From assembly GCA_030550235.1 (NCBI GenBank), contig JAUQPU010000006.1, positions 6,797-38,796 of the forward strand: a stretch of 32,000 nt of DNA, read 5' to 3'. This document shows, piece by piece, positions 24,865 through 32,000 of the stretch. The stretch comes from Thermoproteota archaeon (lineage in GTDB: Archaea; Thermoproteota; Nitrososphaeria_A; Caldarchaeales; Calditenuaceae). The notes beneath the pieces were generated by a model. The model was not told where the DNA came from and did no database searches. It worked only from the letters and a program-made list of their open reading frames with translations. Numbering within the stretch: the stretch's first letter is position 1; each line of letters opens with the position of its first letter. Made by a program: the position numbers and the translations under genes.

Positions 24865-25329
24865 CTAGCCCTTAGGCTCCACTCTCCTAATGGAAGCCTC
24901 ATTAATTATGCTTAGGGCGGTAAGCCCTGCTAGAATTGTGGCTGCGCCAACCTCGGCCAGGGACTGCTGCCCCAGCAGGGCTATATGTGCAATTGTTAGG
25001 GCCGCACCTACTCCGGCTGTTGCGATGTTTCCCACAGTCGAGGAGGTTAGTGAGAGCATGAGGACGACTAGCAGGATTATTGGTGCTAAGGGCCATGGGA
25101 GGAGACGAGCCACCGTGAAACCCGGGGAGAAGACCGTCAACGCTAAGTAAGTGCCTAGGAGTATTGGAGGAATGTATCCTAGAAGCCGCGGCCTGGCACG
25201 CCTCTCCTCCTCAGCAACCATGACGAGCGTAAACCCACTTCTACATGAGGGACACTCGGCCTTCCAGGCCTGGAGATAGATCTCATACCCGCAGTTGGTG
25301 CATTTGAAGAGATGGCGCCTCCTAATCAC
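24865..25329 (-). CDS. Zn-ribbon membrane protein, function unknown
   Basis: N-terminal CTNCG...CPSC ribbon followed by about 3 hydrophobic helices. Confidence 0.55.
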   Translation of the reverse strand: MIRRRHLFKCTNCGYEIYLQAWKAECPSCRSGFTLVMVAEEERRARPRLLGYIPPILLGTYLALTVFSPGFTVARLLPWPLAPIILLVVLMLSLTSSTVGNIATAGVGAALTIAHIALLGQQSLAEVGAATILAGLTALSIINEASIRRVEPKG

Positions 25330-25386
25330 GAAAACTCGTTGTAGCCCTCATGGATATATATTTGAGCGGCGCATACAAGCTAGTGT

Positions 25387-26385
25387 ATGGGAGCTAAAGA
25401 GCCCAACAGCCTATACGACATAGTCATAATTGGCTCTGGACCCGCGGGATATACGGCCGGTATATACGCTGCGAGGGCTAACCTCAGGACACTAATAATA
25501 GCTGGCGTCACGCCTGGGGGCCAGTTGATGTTGACGGGTTTGGTTGAGAACTTCCCCGGCTTCCCCGAGGGTGTGCAGGGGCCCGAGCTGATGGACAACA
25601 TGAGATTACAGGCGGAGAACGCAGGCGTGGAGATAATATATGATGACGCGGTTGACGTGGACTTTAACACCTACCCCAGAAAGATAATGACCACCGACAA
25701 AACCATCCTCGCTAGGGCTGTGATAATAGCGACTGGAGCCTCGGCGAAGTGGCTGGGGCTTGAGTCTGAGAGACGTCTAATCGGGCGCGGAGTCTCAAGC
25801 TGCGCAACCTGCGACGGGCCGCTCTTCAAGGGTGCTAAGTGCGCGGTTGTGATCGGGGGTGGAGACACGGCTATGGAGTATGCCCTCTTCCTCACAAAAA
25901 TAGTGGAGAAGGTTGTGGTTGTCCACAGAAGAGATATGCTCCGAGCCTCTAAGATTTTGCAGGAGAGAGCCCTCAACAATCCTAAGATAGAGTTTGTCTG
26001 GAATAGCATTGTTGAGGAAGTTCTGGGGAAAGATAGAGTTGAGGGCGTCAGGGTTAGGAACAAGTTGACAGGAGAGGAGAGGGTGTTGCCTTGCAACGCA
26101 GTCTTCGTCGCTATAGGCCACGCCCCCAACACAGAGTTCTTGAAGGGGAAGATCCACCTTGACGAGGCAGGATACGTAAAGGTCTACAACGGCCTCGAGA
26201 CAAATGTGAAGGGCGTTTTCGCCGCCGGCGACGTCCACGACAAAAGGTATAGACAGGCCGTAACCGCCGCCGGGTTTGGATGTATGGCAGCTATGGAGGC
26301 CATAAGGTTCATCGAGGAGGGATGGCCTGAGAGGCTGGAGAAGGAGTATCAGACCGGCCGCGTGGAGGAGGCCCCCTCAGCCTAG
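25387..26385 (+). CDS. trxB: Thioredoxin reductase
   Basis: FAD motif VIIGSGPAGYTAG, redox-active CATCDG, second dinucleotide motif VIGGGDTAMEYA, and GDV. Confidence 0.92.
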   Translation: MGAKEPNSLYDIVIIGSGPAGYTAGIYAARANLRTLIIAGVTPGGQLMLTGLVENFPGFPEGVQGPELMDNMRLQAENAGVEIIYDDAVDVDFNTYPRKIMTTDKTILARAVIIATGASAKWLGLESERRLIGRGVSSCATCDGPLFKGAKCAVVIGGGDTAMEYALFLTKIVEKVVVVHRRDMLRASKILQERALNNPKIEFVWNSIVEEVLGKDRVEGVRVRNKLTGEERVLPCNAVFVAIGHAPNTEFLKGKIHLDEAGYVKVYNGLETNVKGVFAAGDVHDKRYRQAVTAAGFGCMAAMEAIRFIEEGWPERLEKEYQTGRVEEAPSA

Positions 26386-27014
26386 CCGCTTCTTAAAATA
26401 TTCTTGGAGAGTCTATGCGCCTCGCGTAGGGGCTTCAGCACGTCGTATCCGAGCATGCCGACAAGTCTCAGCAGAGAATCCACATCAACCAAGTGCCCTA
26501 CACTAACGTAGTATCTCCTCCCGCCGACGCCCCTGAGGACCATGCCAACCTTTACACCCATAACCTCAAGAAACTCCACACCATCCACAACTCTCGTCTC
26601 GCCGTGGAGGAGAGATTTCGCAACACCTATCGAGGGTGTCTCTGCGAGGAGCCCGACGATGCTGGCGAGCCCCGCCCTTCTAGGATGAGCGAGCCCGTGG
26701 CCATCGACCAATAGTAGGTGAGGCCTGCTGGATAACTGTCTGAGGGCAGCGAGGATTAGGGGGGCCTCACGGGCGTATAGTAGGCCTGGGATGTAGGGGA
26801 ATAAGACGCTTCCGCGGAAGGTCGCGGCCTCGACGACACCGCCGCTGGTTCTAGACCAGACGACGGCCGCCGCCACACCCTCCCCTCCACTGTAGGAGAC
26901 ATCAAGCCCGCATATGGTCTTAACGCTCGTGGTGTCGAGGGGTGAGACGCGTATAAGGACTGATAGGGCCCGCTGAACCTCCGTGAAGAAATCGACTATG
27001 TGGGAGTGGGCCAA
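26382..27014 (-). CDS. nfi: Endonuclease V
   Basis: GLDVSY, YIPGLLYAREAP, LVDGHGLAHPRRAGLAS and IGVAKS motifs. Confidence 0.9.
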   Translation of the reverse strand: MAHSHIVDFFTEVQRALSVLIRVSPLDTTSVKTICGLDVSYSGGEGVAAAVVWSRTSGGVVEAATFRGSVLFPYIPGLLYAREAPLILAALRQLSSRPHLLLVDGHGLAHPRRAGLASIVGLLAETPSIGVAKSLLHGETRVVDGVEFLEVMGVKVGMVLRGVGGRRYYVSVGHLVDVDSLLRLVGMLGYDVLKPLREAHRLSKNILRSG

Positions 27015-27077
27015 GCCACAGGGCTAAAGGAGATGGGCGTGGATATATCTAAGTCCTATTTTGGGATTGCTTGGCCC

Positions 27078-28292
27078 TCAGCGCCTCACAGCCGCCGGTC
27101 TGGCCTCTAAGCCATCCTCGAGAGCCCTCCCTATTAACTCCGGAAGCGCCGCAGGATCGTCCACCCTCGCTATGGCACCCTCTATCACGGCGTTTCCAAA
27201 CACGATGAGTGGAGGTCCCTGCCGCGCTATTTCCTCGGCGAGTATTCTGTTCTCAGAGTTTAGCGGCCCTATCGGTGGGGATGTATAGATGGCTGCTTGG
27301 CAGTCTCGGGCTTCGCTGAGGGCTTGCTGCATCTTCTCCGGGCTTATGGGATGGAAGGCCTTCTCAGATATCACTCGCCCCCCCAGCAGGCTCGCTAGGT
27401 AATAGTCTATGTCACCGGCGTGCAGGACCCCTGTGGAGAGCCGGTATCCGAGCCTCGCAAGCATCCTATAGACTAGGGAGCCGCTCCCGCCACCGGCAAC
27501 AACGAATATCCTGGGCCCGCCGTTATTCGGGGGCCTAAACTCTATTGACATTAGCTCGGGCGAGAATGCGGTTTCCCCTCCGAGGCCGTAGAGGAGCTCG
27601 GGCCCATCCCTCGCTACAAACTCCTCAGGGGAGTCGTAAAGAGCCACGCGCCCCCCAGAGACAATTATGAGCCGGTCTGCAACCCTCAAGGCAAGCTCAA
27701 CCTCGTGAAGCGAGGCGATGACGGCCACGCCCCTCTCCTTTGATAGGCGCTTCAAGGTCAGGAGCACCTCCACCCTCGCTCTCGGGTCGAGATAGGTCAC
27801 AGGCTCATCGAGTATCAGGACCCTGGGCTCCTGCGCCAACGCCCGCGCTATCATCACCTTCTGCCTCTGGCCGTCGCTTAGCTCGTAGAAGCGTCTGGCG
27901 GCCAGGTGCTCTATTCCTACATCCGCAAGAGCCCTCAAGACCTCGCGACTGTCTGTCTCACTTAGCGTGTTTAGGGGGTTGGTATATGGGTATCTACCCA
28001 AGGCGACAACCTCGAAAACTGTGAGCTGCGTGGGCCTCAGTTGCTCTGTGAGGACGACACCTATAAGCCGTGCAATCTGCCTAGCTCTAAGCTTAGAGAC
28101 CATAGTTCCGTCTAGGTAAACCACTCCCGATAGCGGCTTCAAGAGGGAGGCGAGAGTCTTCAGGAGTGTGGTTTTACCCGAGGCGTTGGGGCCGATGACG
28201 GCTACAAACTCCCCGGCCCCCACAGATAGATTTACTCCGCTAAGAACCTGGGTGCCACCGTATCCAGCCGAAAGATTAACCGCCCCAATCAC
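27078..28292 (-). CDS. ABC transporter ATP-binding protein (FepC/BtuD-like) with an extra C-terminal domain of about 150 aa
   Basis: Walker A GPNASGKTT, signature LSDGQRQ, Walker B LILDEP and H-loop. Residues from about 255 to 404 lie beyond a normal ABC cassette. Confidence 0.88.
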   Translation of the reverse strand: MIGAVNLSAGYGGTQVLSGVNLSVGAGEFVAVIGPNASGKTTLLKTLASLLKPLSGVVYLDGTMVSKLRARQIARLIGVVLTEQLRPTQLTVFEVVALGRYPYTNPLNTLSETDSREVLRALADVGIEHLAARRFYELSDGQRQKVMIARALAQEPRVLILDEPVTYLDPRARVEVLLTLKRLSKERGVAVIASLHEVELALRVADRLIIVSGGRVALYDSPEEFVARDGPELLYGLGGETAFSPELMSIEFRPPNNGGPRIFVVAGGGSGSLVYRMLARLGYRLSTGVLHAGDIDYYLASLLGGRVISEKAFHPISPEKMQQALSEARDCQAAIYTSPPIGPLNSENRILAEEIARQGPPLIVFGNAVIEGAIARVDDPAALPELIGRALEDGLEARPAAVRR

Positions 28293-29344
28293 AGCTGGAC
28301 ACCCCTACCCTTCAGGAGCAGATAAATCACGAGGGGGGCGCCGAAGAGAGCCGTGACGGCTGTTACAGGTATCTCTATGGGCTGGAGCGCGAGGCGTGAG
28401 ATCAGGTCTGCAGTCATTGATAGGGTGGCGCCTAGGAGGGCTGAGGCTGGGATTATTGCGAAGTGGTTTGAGGTTCGTGTGAGCTGCCTGGCCAGGTAGG
28501 GGGCGGAGAGCCCGACGAACCCTACCGAGCCCGAGACCGTCGTGACAACCGAGACCGGAAGAGCGGCAGCAGCGACTAGAAACATCCTCATCCTCCCAAG
28601 ACTCATCCCCATACTCCGCGCATACTCCTCGCCGAGAAGCAGGACATTCAAAGGCTTACAAAGCAAGACCATGGTGAATAGGAATATGGCAAGGACAGGT
28701 ATGCCTGGTGAGAGGAGGCTCCACCTAGCCCCTGCGAAGCTTCCCATCATCCAGTAAACCAGGGCCCTAAGCTTCTCAATATCAACGAAAACATGCAATA
28801 TACTTGTCAGCGAATACGCGAGATAGGAGATCATTAGGCCAATGATCAGTATCGTCGTTGTGGAGCGGACAACACCAGACAGAGCGACCATCAGAATAAC
28901 AACCATTAGGGCCCCAATGAATGCCGCCAGATATAGCGAATAAGGGCTAAAAGGAGACCAGAGGCCGAGGACCGAGCCCGTGAGTATTGAGAGGGCGAGG
29001 AAGAGGCTTGAGCCTGAGGTGACGCCAAGTATATAGGGGTCTGCCAGAGGATTCCTGAATAAGGCCTGAAGTATTGCCCCTGAGACGCCGAGGCATGCCC
29101 CTCCAAGCAGAGCAGCTAAGGCGCGTGGCAGTCGGATAGAATTTACGATGAGTGAGGACTCGGCGGTCCCTCTGCCGGCTATGGCCATTAACGCATCCCA
29201 TGGTGTTATCGAGTAGCTGCCGAAGATTATCGAGGCTATGAAGAGTGGAGTTACTGGGACGGATATGAGGAGCAACATATGGATGTTATTTGTCTTCGGA
29301 AGCTCGGATGCCATTCCAAACAATCTATCAAGTCTTCTACTCAT
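28289..29344 (-). CDS. ABC transporter permease, FecCD/BtuC family
   Basis: About 10 TM helices. The ...RNPLADPYILGVSSG-like motif (RNPLADPYILGVTSGS) is typical of FecCD permeases. Confidence 0.9.
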   Translation of the reverse strand: MSRRLDRLFGMASELPKTNNIHMLLLISVPVTPLFIASIIFGSYSITPWDALMAIAGRGTAESSLIVNSIRLPRALAALLGGACLGVSGAILQALFRNPLADPYILGVTSGSSLFLALSILTGSVLGLWSPFSPYSLYLAAFIGALMVVILMVALSGVVRSTTTILIIGLMISYLAYSLTSILHVFVDIEKLRALVYWMMGSFAGARWSLLSPGIPVLAIFLFTMVLLCKPLNVLLLGEEYARSMGMSLGRMRMFLVAAAALPVSVVTTVSGSVGFVGLSAPYLARQLTRTSNHFAIIPASALLGATLSMTADLISRLALQPIEIPVTAVTALFGAPLVIYLLLKGRGVQL

Positions 29345-29347
29345 CCA

Positions 29348-30658
29348 TCAACCACCTAGCCTGATGAAGTACGTTGTAGTCTGGCCAGGGTAGAGGTTGG
29401 GATAGAGTATGATTGCTAGATCCCGAATCCAGCCCTCCGTGTCATAGTAGCCAAGCTGGAAGATCGTCGGCGCGTAGGCATAAACTCTGCCCTCTCTGAA
29501 TGCCTTGATCTCGCCCAGCTCTGGTGCCTCGGATAGAATATCCTGCACTGAGGAGATGAAGCTTGTCGGATACACGACAACATCCGCGTCCCTACAGCTG
29601 GAGAGGAGCTTCTCGATGTTGATGGTTACGCTGCCTTTGGATTCTAAGTCTGAGAAGGCGTATCTCGCCCCAAGCATCGCTAGGGTGTTGGCCGGGAAGG
29701 ACTGGCCACCAGCCACGTAGACAACCCCCCTGTAGACCATGAACCAGCAGGCTACGGGCTGAGCCAGCCCAGCTCTCTTTATGTCACTGACGATGCGGCT
29801 AACCTCACCCTCAACCTCACTGAATATCCTGTATGCCTCCTCGTCCAAGTTGAAGAATGTTGCTATCAGCTTAATCCACTCGAAGCGACCGAGAGATGTT
29901 GTCTCCAGGTATTCGTTATCCACGACATAGGGGATGCCGAGCTCCTCCAGCCTGGTAGGCAGGTCCGAGCCAGGGAAGGTGTATATTATCACGAGGTCTG
30001 GCCTTAGGGTTACTATTTCCTCAAAGTTCGGCGAGTAGTCAGGCCCCACATCCCTTATTACACCCTGCGAAAGCCTCTCCGCCACCTCCTCAAAATACCA
30101 CTCATACTGGCCACCCCACATTATACCCACGACTCTATCAAGTATCCAGGGCGCGTGCTCCCTAAGCCTCTCAACTAATGCGACCTGTGTCGCAGACATG
30201 AGAACAACCCTCTCGACCGGGGTGTAGACCACGACGCCATTCAGGCCCGGAGGTGGCTGCTGCCCACGCGGCACAAGTATGAGCGTCCTATTCAGAGCGT
30301 CTCGGACAATCTTGTACCCATCAACCAGCCTTATCTCAAATTGTCTAGAATACTTGACCTCGAACGTTAGCGGTATGTGTGGGACGCTCGTTGTAATCGT
30401 CTGGGTTACTACTACAGACTGGAGTGTTAGGGTCGTCGTATGGGCTCTCATTACTGTGGAGGGCTGTGTTAGTGTTGTTGTGTAGGCTTTCGTCACAGTG
30501 GTTGTCTGAGTGTTTGTGAGCGTTGTCGCATAGGTGCGGGATGGTGTTAAAGGTGTAATGGCGGCTACCGCTATACCCGCGATGAACCCAGCGACGAGAA
30601 AAGCTACAAGCAGGATTGTCGTGCCTCGAGTCCAAGAAGGCATGGATGGAGTATCCAT
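29348..30658 (-). CDS. Membrane-anchored periplasmic-binding-protein-type (cluster A/class 8) ABC substrate-binding protein with Thr-rich stalk
   Basis: N-terminal TM, then a Thr-rich linker, then a PBP fold (..VVLMSATQVALVERL.. ..PDLVIIY..). It is the first gene of the permease/ATPase operon. Confidence 0.82.
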   Translation of the reverse strand: MDTPSMPSWTRGTTILLVAFLVAGFIAGIAVAAITPLTPSRTYATTLTNTQTTTVTKAYTTTLTQPSTVMRAHTTTLTLQSVVVTQTITTSVPHIPLTFEVKYSRQFEIRLVDGYKIVRDALNRTLILVPRGQQPPPGLNGVVVYTPVERVVLMSATQVALVERLREHAPWILDRVVGIMWGGQYEWYFEEVAERLSQGVIRDVGPDYSPNFEEIVTLRPDLVIIYTFPGSDLPTRLEELGIPYVVDNEYLETTSLGRFEWIKLIATFFNLDEEAYRIFSEVEGEVSRIVSDIKRAGLAQPVACWFMVYRGVVYVAGGQSFPANTLAMLGARYAFSDLESKGSVTINIEKLLSSCRDADVVVYPTSFISSVQDILSEAPELGEIKAFREGRVYAYAPTIFQLGYYDTEGWIRDLAIILYPNLYPGQTTTYFIRLGG

Positions 30659-30682
30659 CCATCCCTATATAAATCCACCGCC

Positions 30683-30916
30683 CTAAATACCCCCTCCCCC
30701 CTCATCCTCAAGCTTCTCCTTAAGCTCCCTGACACCTCTCCTCAAAGACTCAAGCCTAGCCTCAAGACGCGACACCTGGTCGCCACCCGATACACCCTTA
30801 AGTATCCCCTCAGCAAGAACCCTATCCTCATCTGACGGGGCTATAAGCCTCGACGGCCGCCGCCTCCCCAGCCGCCTAAAGAGCCACCCAAGCAGTTTCA
30901 AGGCCCACTCCGGCAC
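30683..30916 (-). CDS. Small hypothetical protein (basic N-terminus, coiled-coil C-terminus)
   Basis: A 77-aa ORF with a GTG start, ending 24 nt upstream of the SBP gene on the same strand. No motif recognised. Confidence 0.35.
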   Translation of the reverse strand: MPEWALKLLGWLFRRLGRRRPSRLIAPSDEDRVLAEGILKGVSGGDQVSRLEARLESLRRGVRELKEKLEDEGGGGI

Positions 30917-31055
30917 CGGATATCTGCTCCATCGAGGTTATTAAAGTGGGGTGCCCTCTTAGGCATAACCCGTTCTAGGGATTACCATTGTTCAGTTCCA
31001 TACAATCTAGGGCCATAGACTTATGGGCTAGTTATGGCCGCGGAGCCTTGGTGGG

Positions 31056-31742
31056 TTGACGGTGGATAGGGCTTTAGAGGCCGTTGTTAAAGTCGCTGTG
31101 GAGAGTGTTAAGAGCCTAGGCGGCGGAGTCGTCCTTGGGCTTGGGAGCGGTAGGACCTCGGCGGCCTTCATAAAGTCGCTGGCGGCAGAAGAAGGGCCCA
31201 GAATTGTCGAGGCCGTAATACCTACATCAATACAGTCCGAGGCCGCCGCCTCAGAGGCAGGCTTCAGGATTGGAAGCCTCTACAACTATGAAAGCATTGA
31301 AATCTATGTCGACAGCTTCGACCAGTGCAACGTCTCGGGCGACCTTGTCAAGGGAATGGGAGGAGCGCTGGCTAGGGAGAAACTCCTGATGAGGCTGGCC
31401 AGGTCTGTGCTCCTGATAGGGACTGAGGAGAAGCTGGTCGAAAAACTCTCCATACCTGTCCCTCTCGAAGTCCTATCATACGCTGCGCCTGCAATACCTA
31501 GACTTTTGAGGGAGAAGGGCTGGAATGTTAGGGTTAAGACCTCTGAGGGCAAGTCTGGCCCAGTTGTAACCGATAATGGGAACGTGTTGATGCTTGTTGA
31601 GATGGGAGTGGTTAATGACCCGCCACTCGTTGAGAGGGAGCTGAAGATGATTCCTGGGGTTGTAGAGGCCGGCATCTTCCCAAATAGGGGCTATAAAGTA
31701 ATAGTCGGGATGAGGGACGGCGCGGTCAGAGAAATAACATAG
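31056..31742 (+). CDS. rpiA: Ribose-5-phosphate isomerase A
   Basis: GLGSGRTSAAFI, DSFDQ and KGMGGALAREKL motifs. Confidence 0.9.
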   Translation: MTVDRALEAVVKVAVESVKSLGGGVVLGLGSGRTSAAFIKSLAAEEGPRIVEAVIPTSIQSEAAASEAGFRIGSLYNYESIEIYVDSFDQCNVSGDLVKGMGGALAREKLLMRLARSVLLIGTEEKLVEKLSIPVPLEVLSYAAPAIPRLLREKGWNVRVKTSEGKSGPVVTDNGNVLMLVEMGVVNDPPLVERELKMIPGVVEAGIFPNRGYKVIVGMRDGAVREIT

Positions 31743-31892
31743 GATTCCTCGCCCGCCTCAGCCAATCACCCTCTCTACAACCCTCGCCACACCGCCGAGA
31801 GACTGTTAAAACGATTAGAAACCATCATGAACCGCGATGCAGGCTATTCTAATCTAGGAAGCCTTTTACCCCACATAACTGCCGTACAGCTT

Positions 31893-32000
31893 ATGATGAG
31901 CCACTCAAAATGGCTCTCGGCTGCTCTAATACTCATACTCCTAGGGGCTGGTCTGTTTACCTACAGAGTGGCTGCACAGGAGGAGGTAGACGACCTACCA
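31893..32000 (+). CDS. N-terminus of a signal-peptide/TM protein (runs off the window)
   Basis: My translation is MMSHSKWLSAALILILLGAGLFTYRVAAQEEVDDLP..., open to the window end. An in-frame ATG at 31827 is an alternative start. Confidence 0.4.
   Translation, partial: MMSHSKWLSAALILILLGAGLFTYRVAAQEEVDDLP

Noticed and set aside
25671-26238. Minus-strand ORFs of 153 and 147 aa inside trxB
   Set aside because: They lie antisense to trxB, which has unambiguous FAD/CATC motifs.
30371-30550. Repetitive-looking DNA that might be a tandem repeat or array
   Set aside because: The periodicity is at the protein level (Thr codons, TTTLT units) inside an intact ORF. It is not a spacer/repeat architecture.
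1-32000. Looked for CRISPR repeats, IS elements/transposases, integrases, rRNA, and toxin-antitoxin pairs
   Set aside because: I found no regularly spaced direct repeats, no transposase or integrase-like ORFs, and no noncoding stretch longer than about 150 nt. The only hint of mobility is the low-GC fragment near tRNA-Arg, reported separately.

Overview
Dense chromosomal segment, roughly 55% GC by eye, that reads as a hyperthermophilic crenarchaeote (Desulfurococcales-like). It carries archaeal core genes: TFS, Rpo11/RpoL, exosome Csl4, Sec61beta, archaeal-type ProRS, a short XPF, and ESCRT-III CdvB with a winged helix. There are three tRNAs: His-GUG with an encoded G-1 and a 13-nt anticodon-loop intron, Arg-CCU, and Ala-CGC. 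The largest block is a minus-strand [NiFe] group 3b sulfhydrogenase cluster (3686-9969). It runs hypA, Mrp/MinD-type hypB, then hydB, a stand-alone cNMP-binding-like gene, hydG, hydD, hydA and a maturation protease, with start/stop overlaps from hydB onward. The cNMP-like gene inside the structural operon is my best candidate for something undescribed. Other notable points:
- rpoL has a conserved N-terminus but no ATG/GTG/TTG start; a CTG sits at the homologous start position.
- Two sub-60-aa genes are missing from the ORF track: Sec61beta and a 53-aa Lys/Ala/Pro-rich basic protein.
- A beta-grasp-like protein ends exactly in Gly-Gly.
- A membrane-anchored CPHC thioredoxin-fold protein is followed directly by a VKOR homologue.
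- A roughly 350-bp low-GC patch next to tRNA-Arg holds a gene fragment.
- A LOG/SLOG-like operon sits divergent to an ERCC4-nuclease operon, each paired with an unknown protein.
- An iron/B12-type ABC ATPase has an extra C-terminal domain of about 150 aa.
I saw no CRISPR array, transposase, integrase or rRNA. All family calls come from motif reading by eye, not from searches.
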